A program made the position numbers and the translations under genes. DNA of 64,000 bases, taken from assembly GCA_023213395.1 (NCBI GenBank), contig CM041465.1, positions 69,137,741-69,201,740 on the forward strand. Reading direction: 5' to 3'. Shown here piece after piece: positions 13,401 to 25,358 of this stretch. This stretch comes from Cycas panzhihuaensis. Lineage: Eukaryota > Plantae > Cycadophyta. How positions within the stretch are numbered: position 1 is the first letter of the stretch; the number at the start of each line of letters is the position of its first letter. Under the pieces are notes generated by a model. That model was not told the origin of the DNA. It saw only the letters and a program-made list of their open reading frames with translations, and searched no databases.

Positions 13401-15081
13401 ATTTTTCCATTTTTTTACAAGATATTAGTTGGCTATTTCTAGGTTTTTCTCCTTGAAGGACGATAATTCTTCCATCTTTCTTATACCTCATAAATAATTC
13501 TTCAAGATTCATTTCAAATGTTCCCAAGGTTCGTAACCATTGACTCCCTAGAACAATATCTACTCCACCGACATCTAGCACATAAAAGTTTTCTTTAAGA
13601 ATAACGTCACCGATAGTTATTTTAAGGTTCTCCACCATTCCTTGTCCAGATATAACTTGTCGTCCTCCAACACTTACTTGAAACGGAGTTGTTCTGGAAG
13701 GAAATAATCTTAATTGTTGAGCGGATATTCTATCGATAAAATTGTGGGTGCTTCCTGGATCGATCAAAATCGTGATAGCTTGATTTTTAACAAATCCTCT
13801 TAATTTAAGCGTGTCCGATCTTGTCAATCCACTCATTGCTGAGAATGACATTTTTAATGTATCATCCTCCTGGTTACATTGACATCCTGGAATTTCAATA
13901 TTTTCTTGGTCACATTCAGTATCATTTTCTTCTTCAACTTCCTCATCCTCTCGCTAGGAGATAACTCGATTGTGTATAATTGATTTTTTGACATTTATGA
14001 TTTGGAGTCCACTTTTCCGCACACCTAAAATGTAGATTCTTTTTCGTAGTTCTTCTTGCTCGGCTCTTGTTCTTTGAAGTAATGGTTTAATTGGTCGATT
14101 AACTCTGTTAGGTACGAAACCAGGTCGTGTAGTGGAAGGAGGATTAGGACAAGCATACGGAGGAATATAAGGTCTCGTTCTGGCCTTCTTTAATTCATTG
14201 ATCTTGCCTTCCTGAAGTTTGGCTAGTTTTATTGCCTTATTCAGATCCTGAGGTTCTTGAATTTTAACATCGGCTTGGATCTCAGTCATCAAACCATCAA
14301 TATATAGCTGGATAAGTCGATTAACCGGAATATCATCTAACACATAACTTAATCTTGTAAATGCTGTGCTATATTCTTCCACCGAACCAATTTGTTTTAA
14401 TCTTCGTAACTCACAATAATAATCACGGTTAGATACAGTTTCAAACCGTTCGATGAATAGGCATACAAACTCTTGCCAGGTAGGTAATTGATCTCGAAAA
14501 GAAGTTCGTTCGAGACACTGTCACCATTCACATGCTATTCCGTCCATATGTAAAGTGGCTATCAAAACTCGTTCTGCTGACTCAATCTCCATTAAGCGAA
14601 AATAGTTTTCTATTTGTTGTATCCACACTCTTGGTTCATGTGACTTTTGCTCCATACTGAAACGTTGTATAATTATTTTTTCCAATTTTTTCTTCTTTTG
14701 TGTTTGAATATTTTGCAAGCAGTTAAAGTAAGCTTGAAAACCCACTATCTTCTGTTCTTCAGGGGTTAAATTCCGGTATTCGTTGAGATATTTTCTAATA
14801 GCCTCATTTTCCAAATTAATTGAAGATATCTGAGGACTCAACCGATTTCTTGTAGTTTGGTGTCTGATATGTGATTGGCGGCTCATTGCCTCATCTTCTG
14901 AATCTGGCACAATCATATCTTCCTTTCTACTTGTCGCTATAATTGTTAATTTATCCAAAATTTGATGTAGAGTATGATTCAAAAGAGCATTTGACGTCTG
15001 AACCGCATTGTGAACTGCTTGAGTGATTGGTTCAACAATTTCTTTTTGAACGGCGTTGTCTGTCATATCTTCAGTATTCAT
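10491..15081 (-). pseudogene. C gag-pol with C-terminal chromodomain, split by many frameshifts
   Basis: gag PRVWIQQIENYF; protease LIDPGSTHNF; RT KKDGSYRMCIDYRALN...FFDDIL; RNase H DAS, KEMLAI, KTDHNSL; integrase SMDFITGLP; chromodomain PEAILEVR...YFIKWK....EDASWE. Confidence 0.95.
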
Positions 15082-16722
15082 TATTTTAATAATTGTGTAA
15101 GTACGATTCCACTGTCTTTCTGTCGTGTTTGTTTAACTTCAACTGATATTCCCAACTTGCTTGATATTTAGGATTTTATATTTCCCTCGTCTGATTTAAA
15201 CGATATATCACCACCTTTGGAAAGGTTGTCAAGGTCAGAATTCAAAACACATATGACAAAAAATGACAGATCCGTAAACTAATTTACTTGACTTAGAGGT
15301 TATATATGTTCTATATTTTTAATATGTAAAATGGGATGTTAAAAATAATATCTTATATCAACTATAATATATAATATGTATATATATTTATATATATTAA
15401 AGATATAGTTTAATTGATTATATAATACCTATAATGTAATGATGTTATATAATACCTATAACAATGGTATATAATATATGAGTGTTAGTTAATAAAATAT
15501 AATGTTGATAAAATGTTTTCACTATGAGATAATTTAAAAGGGTTGAAATTTAATAATTATGATAGAATATAATAATTTATATGATATAATTAACTTAGTA
15601 TAATATGATATTAGATTTTTAATAAATAAATAATATTATTAATATATGAATAATAACCTCAATATATATCTATTCTTAAATGTATATTTTTTTTTTCTAA
15701 AACTTAATATATATATATATATGTATATTACTTATAATATACTTACACTTTCGTGATATATCAAATAAATTATCAAAATGTTAACTTCTATTAATATATA
15801 TACATATATTAATTTTATAATGTAGTAAATTAAATATATTAAATATATAAAATAGTTTTAATAAGCTACTATACTACGCAATATATAAGTGATATATAAA
15901 ATGACTATGCAAAAATTAAATAGCGACCAATCTTAATGTGTCGTATCAAGTATGTTTCAGACATTGTGATATATACTATGTATCGTAATGATATCGTATT
16001 ATATAGCGATCTTCTAGAAACTTCTAGTTTTTAGAAGATTTTCACCCGGATGCAAAGATGCAGATATCGCCGAAGTCTGCAGACCGAGACACTTAATGAT
16101 AGTGCCACGAAATGACTGCACCTGGCATTGATTTTTCTACCTTGCACAATGCTCAACAGATCCGAGGAGAGATAGGCGATGCAATGAATCAGAACGAGAG
16201 TCAAATTGTGGCTGCGGCGATGATCACGTTTAGGGCGTCGGTGACACAAACTAGAAAACTGGAAATCGTATTTAATGTACGCTATTGTATGACTACACAA
16301 TGGCGAACATCAGACAAGAAGACAACGATAGACGGTAGGCTACGATGTAAAATGGATAGACGTGGGGACGAGAGGAATGGCGATTGACAGAATGGGAATG
16401 GCGATTGGCAGAATGGGATGCCCCAGAAATGGGTATCAACCAGAAAGTGGCGATGAGACTAGAAAAGCGATGCGCATATGTGTTGAGAATATACTCGAAA
16501 ATATATCAACTATATGAGAGTGACGCTGTAACCGTATGATGGACTTGTCGTAGAATGTTGTCGTCCAGTTGTAACAATGTGTAGCACTAATTGAGATAGA
16601 GGATGTAACATAGATTTTAAACGACAATAGAATTGGAGGGAACGAGGAGATAACTGACAACGAAACAGAAGATTATTGCATATATATGATGGCTATGCCC
16701 AGGATATTGCTCTGATACCACT

Positions 16723-16972
16723 TGTTACGAGACTAGCCGTAACTGGAGAATAAGAGCCAATTGCGAGAGATTGCTGAGAACAAGTGCAATTAATAAAACC
16801 ATATATAATTGATTGATAAATGTTTGATTGATAAAACGATTGATGCCCTATTACATTTGGGTCCTGGTTTATATACATATCAGACCCTCTTTCACAAAGG
16901 ATGTGCTCTTTCAATAGCACCCTTTGACTTAATTAATCATGTGTTTTTCTTTTTTAAAAAAAGTTTATAACA
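16723..16972 (-). repeat. 5' LTR of C
   Basis: Next to PBS; near-identical to 10230-10479. Confidence 0.97.
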
Positions 16973-16977
16973 AAGTC

Positions 16978-18142
16978 TACATGTCTCAACGTAAGGGTTA
17001 TGCCAAAGAGGGACGAGCACTTGGTTTGCAAACTAAAAAAGGCACTATATGGACTGAAACAGGCTCCTTGTGCATGGTATGCCAAACTGGATTGCCATCT
17101 TTGTAAGAATGGCTTGCATAGAAGCAACTCAGACTCAAGTTTGTATATAAAAAACAGGAATGGTGCAATCACTATAATAGTGGTATATGTTGACGATATG
17201 ATTCTCACAAGTGATGATGAAGAATCAATATTTGATATAAAGAATCAACTGGAGAGCAAATTTGAGATGACTTATTTGGGGCTTCTCAACTACTATTTGG
17301 GAATCCAAGTAGACCAGCAAAGCAATTCAATCACTTTGTGCTAGAGCAAGTACATTAAAGACTTGCTAACTAAATTTTGAATGGAAGATTGCAACCCATG
17401 CTCCACTCCCATGGAAGTGAACTACAACTTGATTCTAGATGAGAAGGAACCTTGTGTTGAGTCCACTATGTATAGACAACTCATTGGCAGTGTCATCTAC
17501 CTCACAGCAACTGGACCTGACATCTTATATGTTGTAGGTTTGATATCAAGATACATACACGACCCAAGAACAAAACACTGGAACATTGCAAAAAGGGTTT
17601 TGAGGTATCTGAAAGGAACACTAGAATTGAAACTAATGTTTCCAAAGGAAAAATCTCTTCAGCTGATAGGATTTTGTGATTCAGATTGGGCAGGTGACAA
17701 GGAGCAAAGGATATCAACCAGCGGGTATTTTTTCTTACTAGGATCTTCGCCAATATCTTGGAGCAGTAAGAAACAAGCCATTGTAGCATTGTGATCCACA
17801 GAAGCTGAGTACAAATTAGTAGTCAATGCAACTACCGAAGCAGTATGGCTTAGACAACTCATGAATGATCTAATGGAACCTCAAAAAGGAGTAGCAACAC
17901 TTTACTGCGACAATCATAGTACCGTCAAACTCACCAAGAATCCAATATTTCATGCCTGAACTAAACACATCGAAGTTCAACACCACTTTATTAGAGAAAA
18001 GGTTCAAAACAAGGAAGTGGATCTTGTCTATTACCCTACAAATGAATAGGTGGCTGACATATTAACCAAGCCACTGGAAAAAGACAAGTTCCAAATACTT
18101 AGAGACAAAATAGGGTTAATAGGATAAAACATTAAGAGAGGG
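16978..18142 (+). pseudogene. pol: B 3' RT and RNase H
   Basis: Resumes at YMSQ; LKKALYGLKQAP, YVDDM, CDSDWAGD, SWSSKKQ, TKHIEVQHHFIRE. Confidence 0.92.
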
Positions 18143-18343
18143 TGTTAGAATGTAATGTTTTATCCAATGTCATAGGTTAATGTATGTATCTTTATGTAAC
18201 CGACAAGATACGTGTCACTCAGATGTGTTTCAGTTACAAGTTGGTTCAAGGGGAGTTACAAACCCTATTTGTATTTAATCACTTGAGCTCTGAATAATGA
18301 TTATCAAGCATTCTTCATCTATCTTTGCATTGTCATTGTAACA
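18143..18343 (+). repeat. 3' LTR of B
   Basis: TGTTAGAATG...TGTAACA after PPT. Confidence 0.95.
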
Positions 18344-19713
18344 AACATGTCATTTGATACCTTATGTGGACATCTTCTTCAACAAGAACAGAGGATACAA
18401 AGGTATGAGGAGGAAACAAAAGTTGAAGAAGCCTTTTCGTCCAAACTGAGAATTGAAAAATGAGGAAGAAGAACAAGAGGAAGATCAGTAGATGCAAGAA
18501 TTGGCAAAGGAAGATCTATCAAAGGAAGGATAGGACCATGCAAAGGAAGGTCAACAGACACTGGGGTATGTTATCACTGTGGAAAACCAGGCCACCTTGT
18601 TGCAAAGTGTAGATCGGTAGAAACTCACCCTTGTTATTACTGTGCCAGATATAGACATCTCTCAAGCAATTGCTTCTACAAAAGAACTGAAATTGCCAAA
18701 GGAAAATGTGTAGAAGGGAATTATAGTAATGAACAAGCCAAAGATGAAGACAAAGAAGAAATTGCTTTTATTGTTGCTTTGGTCTTATGTGCTCATTATA
18801 ATGGAGATTGGTTTATTGATTCTAAATCCTCAAATCACATGACCAAGAGAGAAGACTGATTTGAAACTCTACATCCATATATGACAAACAAAAGAGCTCA
18901 ATGATGATTTTTCTTTGAAAATTAAAGGCAAAGGAACCATAGCAATTAAGATCAAGCAAGATGTCAAGAAAATTGGCAATGTTTTGTTTGTCCCAAGTTT
19001 GAAGATTTTTTTTTTTTTTTCGTGTATCATAATTAAGAAAGAAGAACTTTGTGTGATATTGCATGAAGATGGAAAATGCTATGTTCACGATATGAAAGAG
19101 GAGGGGGTGAAATCATTTTTGAAAGGATAGAAACTAACAATCTATATAAATTAGTTTCTACTTCTATTATCTCTTCTATAAAAAATTTTGTTGTTTAAAG
19201 CAATAATAATGAAATTTGACATTCTTGGTATGAACATATTGCAGATGGTGGACTAAAAATGCTCAGATATTTTGCTATGGTTGATGGATTGCTTGTTAGC
19301 ATTACAATAAATTCCTTTGTTTGCAAAAGTTGTATGTTAGGCAAACAACATAGAGTGCTATTTCAAGTAATTGGAGAACAAAAGAAAAACTAGAATTGGT
19401 TCATAACAATATATGTGGGCTAGTCGGACCAAATTTCGTTAATGGTGCTAGGTACTTTTTCACATTCATAGATGATATCAGCAAGAAGGCTTGGGTGTTT
19501 TTTAATCTTTAGTAGATCAAAAGCTCTTGATTGCTTCAAAAAATTTGAAGTTCAAGTTGAATTGGAAAGTGCACAAAAGATTAAAGCACTTAGAACAGAT
19601 GGAGGAAAATATATTTCGAATGAATTTTTAAATTTTCGTAAAATACATGGCATTCACAGACACATCACTTTTCCATATACTCCACAATCTAACATAGTAG
19701 CTAAAAGTCTAAA
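18344..19713 (+). pseudogene. A gag C-terminus (duplicated segment), protease and 5' integrase, decayed
   Basis: Repeat of 6158-6518, then WFIDS protease motif, NVLFVPSL, CKSC..GKQHR, RYFFTFIDD, LRTDGG, PYTPQSN. Confidence 0.9.
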
Positions 19714-20091
19714 TGTTAGAAATAATGCACATTCCATTTCATTTCATTTAAGTTCATTTTAGGTTCATTAGAATAAGTTCTCACATGGAATATTCTATAC
19801 TAGAATATTCTAGTGAGAGAAAATTCCTAGTCAAACTTCTAGAAGTCAAAGATGCTCAACTATTTATGAGGTAGTTTGAGCACACCAAAAATAAAGGGGA
19901 CGTTGGGAGTTTGTTGAACCAACTCCTATGTTTAGCTATGATGTAAACTTATAAATATGCACTTATATCATTGAGATTTTCTAATGAAAATTTTGGAGAG
20001 TTGTGATCCATTGTCGTATTGTCATTTCTTGTGCACTTTCTCACATGTGCTTTATGACATGTTTTCCAGCTCATATCCTCTCATTCTAACA
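19714..20091 (+). repeat. 5' LTR of D
   Basis: TGTTAGAA...TTCTAACA then PBS. Confidence 0.97.
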
Positions 20092-20544
20092 TGGTATTAG
20101 AGCCATGTCTTTCCTAGATTCTGCCATGCTAAGCCCAGTTTTCTAACAGCTCTATGCTGGAATCTAGAGCAGATTTCTGCCTATGCACTAGGTTCTGTCC
20201 TGAATTGGCCTCTTTTTACATCAATCAGTATGTAAAATCTAGAGATAATATGCTACAAAATTGCTGTCCACTGCCAGAAATCTGAGAGAGATATAAAAGA
20301 GTGGAAGGGATGGTCACTGTCTGTCCTCTGCTGCAGCCATCAAACACTGGCTAGCCACCACTAGCTCTGTACCTGAGTAGCCTCGCTCGGGCTCTTCACG
20401 CAAGTGCCCACACAGGCTTTACTGGCTGCCACGGCCCTGTACGGGACACGCTGTCTCTGTAACTCTGTCACCTTGCTCAAAGGAAGCGCTCGGGCCTGCA
20501 TTTAGTCGCCTGCACGGGCTCTGCTCGGAACGGACTCTGCATCG

Positions 20545-20750
20545 AACTTGCTCCACCGCCGCTTTGTCACGGAGCCGTCGCCTGGCCCACGAGTCGCCTT
20601 TGTCCGCAGGCTGCGCCGCCCGTCCACGGAGCCGTCGCCTATCCACGGAGCCGCCGCCGCCCGTCCACGGTGCCACCGCCCGTCCACGGAGCCACCGCCT
20701 CTCTTCCACGGAGACGCCCTCAAAAAACGGGTCCCATACAGAGCCGTCGT
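20545..20750 (+). repeat. GC-rich tandem repeat (about 18-22 bp, CCGTCCACGGAGCCGCCG-like) in D leader
   Basis: Repeated CACGGAGCC / CCGTCCACGG units, followed by an A15 run at about 20774. Confidence 0.85.
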
Positions 20751-21143
20751 CGATGGATTCTTATCCGTTTATTAAAAAAAAAAAAAAATTAAATTCCTTT
20801 TTTTAAAAGACTAAGGTTATAACCTTAAGTTATACCCATTAGAATATTCTTTAGAATATTCTTTTCCTTATTTGTGACTTTTGTTATAAAGTCCCAATAA
20901 CCCTCTAATTTGAATATTCTTCAAAAGATTTTTTTTTTAAGAGAGGGACAAGGAATTGATACAGGTTTTAATATTTTCTTTTGAAAGTGAGTTTATCACT
21001 TTAATATCTTAAAGTGGAGACCAATGTTTTAAAGTCTCTTTCACTTTAATGTGACATTTTAATTATCTTCTACAAAGGAAAAACTACCTGGCGGTCACTG
21101 AGTTAAGTTAAACTCATACTTGCGGTAGTAATTTCAAGGCATA

Positions 21144-24100
21144 ATGACTTCAATTAATATTGGAGGTTATATTTTGCCAGAGTCTCAAAAACTCGATGGC
21201 AAAAATTATGTAATTTGGAAATTTAAAATTTCCAATATTTTAGCCTTACAAAGGCTTTTTGAGGTTGTAGAAGAAAAGGATAAGAAACCTGATCCAGCTG
21301 ATGAGATCGAGGAGGCGGCTTGGCTTGACAGAAACCAAAAGGCATTGGCAATCATCAATCTATCAGTTGCTGATGAGCTAATCACTCACCTACAAGGAAA
21401 ATGCTTGCATCGGAGGCTTGGAAGACTCTCAAGGATATGTTTGAAACAAAAAACGAAACAAGAGTCTTGTATTTAAGGAATCTTCTCTATTCATGTAAAA
21501 TGACAAATAATGACTCTATCACTTCACACTTGCAAAAGTTGAAAGAAATCAAGGAACAACTTATTGCAGTTGGTGAAGACATCCAAGATAGAGAGTTTGT
21601 TAGTATTACTTTGAATAGCTTGCATGCAGGTTTTCATATTTTTGTGACAAATATATGTCTCACAAGTAGACCTCAACCTCTAACATTTGAGGAGTTGAGT
21701 GGTCTATTGTTGCAAGAGGAACAATGGATGGGTTTTTATGAAGGAGGAAGTAGCTCAATGGTACTTGCCTCAAAATTTAAGAAAAAGCCCACAAATCATG
21801 TTCCAAAACATCCACCTCAAGCAAGCAACTTCAACACTCAAAAACCAAAAAAAGATGTCACTTGCAAATATTGCAACAAAAAAGGACATCTTGAAGTGCA
21901 GTGTTGGAAGAAGAAGGCCGACATGAAGAAATCTACAAATGCTTTGTCAACAAAAGAAAATGACAAAGTCTTTGTATTCAATATTACAAGTCATAACACG
22001 TGAATGGTATGTGGATTCTGGAGCTTCAAAGCATATTTCATTTCAAAAAGATTAGTTTGAAGACTTGAAGGAATGCAATATTCCTCCCATTGTACTTGGA
22101 GACAATAGTCAACATCAGGTAGTTGGTTGTGGCACTATTTGTATTCAACAACCAAACTATGGAACCTTTAAGGTTTCGAATGTGTTATTTGTACCTTCCT
22201 TCAAGCACAACCTATTATCAGTCAGTTGCATAGCTCAACAAGACATTAAGGTAGAATTTGATAAATCAAAGTGTTTGATGAAAAAGGATAATGTTGTAAT
22301 AGCTCAAGGTGTGCATGAGAATGGAGTTTATAAATTCTCTGGCACCTATGAGCTTAGTCTCATAACTAAAGATTTAGACAACACTTTATGGCATGACCGA
22401 TTTGGTCATTTGAATTATACCAGTCTTCACCTCATGCATAGATTGAATATGGTAAGTGATTTACCTTCAATCAAGAAAACTGACAAGGTGTGTGAAGCTT
22501 GTGCACTTGGAAAGCAGCATAAAGAACCATTCCAAAAATCAAGATGGAGAGCAAAGGAGAAGTTAGAATTGGTACATTCTGACTTATGTGGACCAATGTG
22601 CACAATACTTCATCACCTTTATTGATGATCTTACAAGAAAGTGTTGGGTTTACCTCATCAAGAATAAATTTGATGCTTTTGCAAAGTTCAAAGAATTCAA
22701 GGCTGAAGTTGAAAATAAATCCAATAAAAGGATAAAAATCTTGAGAAGTGACAGCGGAGGCGAATATTTATCCATTGAATTCATCAACTTTTGCAAGGAT
22801 CATGGGATACAGCATCAGCTTACAACGGCATATACTCCACAACAGAATGGTGTTGCAAAGCGAAAGAATCGAACCATTCTTGAAATGGCTCGATGCATGA
22901 TGAAGGCAAACGATGTTCCAAAAGGACTTTGGGGAGAAGCAGTAAATACTGCTGTGTATCTGTTAAACATTAATCCAACAAAAGCAGTTAGAAACATAAC
23001 TCCAGAAGAAGCTTGGACTAATGTGAAACCTTGTGCTGCACATCTTAGAATATTTGGATGTATTGCTTATGTTCATGTGCCTAAAGAAAAAAGGCATAAA
23101 CTTGATGATAAGAGTACAAAATGTATTCTAGTAGGTTACAGCTTGACATCAAAATCTCACTGACAAAAAAATTGTCATAAGTAGAGATGTGTTGTTTCAA
23201 GAAACAAAAGAAGATGATCAAATGGTTGTACCTATAGAAGAAGAACAAAAACATAAAGGGAAAGAAAAATGCAGTATTGAAGATGAAGCCTCCACCTCTT
23301 CTACTTCTGATTCCACATCTTTTCCTAGTTCTTCAAAAAAATTGTCCAAGTGGTATTTAAAAACCATTCAAGAATCTGGAGAAGTAAATCTAGATTCTGG
23401 AATTCAAACAAGAAGTAAGACGAATATTGCTTTGATGGCAAATCTCTTAAGTGTTGAAAAGCCACAAACCTTTCATGAAAACAAGGATGCAGCACATTGG
23501 CAAAATGCCATGAAAGAAGAATACGACTCTATTATGAAGAATGACACTTGGGATCTTGTCAAATTACCTCCAGGCAAAAAGGTAATTGGTTGTAGATGGG
23601 TATATCGAGTCAAATATCAATCTAATGGTGCCATAGAAAGATACAAGGCTCGACTTGTTGCAAAAGGATACTCTCAAACACAAGGAGTTGATTATGAAGA
23701 AACATTTGCACTGGCAAAATGACTACTATAAGGATGCTGATTTCTCTTGCAGCTCAGTTCGGTTGGGAACTTCATCAGGTGGATGTGAAAAATGCCTTCT
23801 TAAATGGCATTTTGTATGAAGAAGTATACATGAAACAACCAGAAGGATTTGAAAAAGGAGAAAATGATCAACTTGTCTGCAAATTGAAGAAAGCTCTTTA
23901 TGGGCTGAAACAGGCACCAAGAGCATGGTATTCACGTATTGATGAATATTTTGTTTCACATGGATTCACTAGATGTGAATCTGATCATAGCTTGTATGTG
24001 TTGCATAAGGATCATGAAATCCTAATTGTAGCTTTGTATGTGGATGACTTAATTTTGATTGGATCTAGTGTTGAAAAGATCAACATACTCAAAAAGCAAC

Positions 24101-24981
24101 TATCAAAAGCTTTTGATATGACTGATCTTGGTTTATTGCATTTCTACTTAGGAATGGAAATCTGGCAAAAGAAAGGTCATATCTTTGTATCACAGTCAAA
24201 GTATGCTTACAATTTGTTAAAACGCTTTCATATGGAAAGCTATAAACCAATTTCGACTCCAATGGAAGTGGGTCTCAAATTGGTAAAAGAAAGCAATGAA
24301 AAAATAGTTGATGACACTCTATACAGGCAACTAGTGGGTAGTCTTATATATTTGACTAACACTAGACCTGATTTGAGTTATGCTGTTGGTATTGTATCAC
24401 ATTGGAAAGCAGCAAAATGCATTTTGAGATATGTTCAAGGAACTATTCGGTTTGGTCTCCTATTTCAGAAATCTTCTGAATTTGTACTACGTGGTTTCAC
24501 CGACTCAGATTGGGCAGGAGATGCTGACACAAGAAGATCTACATCAGGATATTCATTCAAACTCAATTTTGGAATGATCTCATGGAGCAGTAAGTTACAA
24601 GCAACAGTTTCTTTGTCATCCACTGAAGCTGAATACAAAGTGCGATGAATCGCAACTTCATGAAGCTATTTGGCTTAGAGGACTTCTTAGCCATTTTGGA
24701 CTTGATCAAAATGAACCTACTAAATTATTTTGCGACAATCAAGGTGCAATCCAAATTTGTCAAAGAATCCAGTTTTCCACGCAAGGAGCAAACACGTGGA
24801 AATTCATCATCATTTCATTCGAGAACAAGTGGAGAAAGGAGTGGTCGAATTGGTCTACTGTAGTTCGAGTGACCAAATTGCAGACTTACTTACCAAAGCC
24901 TTGAGTCGTGAAAATTTTGAAAGATTGAGAACACTAATGTTTGTAAAAGAAAATGAACTTATCATTATGGGAGGGTGTTAG
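21144..24981 (+). pseudogene. D gag-pol polyprotein with frameshifts and small deletions
   Basis: [83 protein letters not shown]. Confidence 0.95.
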
Positions 24982-25353
24982 AAATAATGCACATTCCATT
25001 TCATTTCATTTAAGTTCATTTTAGGTTCATTAGAATAAGTTCTCACATGGAATATTCTATACTAGAATATTCTAGTGAGAGAAAATTCCTAGTCAAACTT
25101 CAAGAAGTCAAAGATGCTCAACTATTTATGAGGTAGTTTGAGCACACCAAAACTAAAGGGGACGTTGGGAGTTTGTTGAACCAACTCCTATATTTAGCTA
25201 TGATATAAACTTATAAATATGCACTTGTATCATTGAGATTTTCTAATGAGAATTTTGGAGAGTTGTGATCCATTGTTGTATTGTCATTTCTTGTGCACTT
25301 TCTCACATGTGCTTTATGACATGTTTTCCAGCTCATATCCTCTCATTCTAACA
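24976..25353 (+). repeat. 3' LTR of D
   Basis: Follows PPT; followed by TSD. Confidence 0.97.
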
Positions 25354-25358
25354 CTAAA

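Larger units (their letters stand above)
10230..16972 (-). mobile_element. Element C: Ty3/gypsy chromovirus (Reina clade, IFG-like), recent insertion into B RT
   Basis: 250-bp LTRs at 10230-10479 and 16723-16972 with one mismatch seen; TSD AAGTC at 10225-10229 and 16973-16977; PBS (reverse) GCTCTGATACCA 16709-16720; PPT (reverse) 10480-10492; gag-PR-RT-RH-IN-chromodomain order. Confidence 0.97.
6519..18343 (+). mobile_element. Element B: Ty1/copia related to A, inserted in A gag, interrupted by C
   Basis: LTRs 6519-6717 and 18143-18343 (about 12 differences in 200 bp); PBS TGGTATCAGAG 6718-6728; PPT AAGAGAGGG 18134-18142; flanked by a 361-bp duplication rather than a 5-bp TSD. Confidence 0.95.
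19714..25353 (+). mobile_element. Element D: near-complete Ty1/copia inserted in A integrase
   Basis: 378-bp LTRs at 19714-20091 and 24976-25353 (7 mismatches counted); TSD CTAAA at 19709-19713 and 25354-25358; PBS TGGTATTAGAGCC 20092-20104; PPT GGGAGGG before 24976. Confidence 0.97.

Noticed and set aside
16112-16387. Antisense 91-aa ORF in the C leader as an accessory gene
   Set aside because: Short, no recognisable motif, and no second copy to show conservation.
10155-16920. Duplicated small protein MLLKEHILCERG... (10155-10427 and 16693-16920)
   Set aside because: Chance ORF read from the two LTRs of C.
20419-20806. Overlapping Arg/Pro-rich ORFs
   Set aside because: By-product of the GC-rich tandem repeat, which lacks stop codons.
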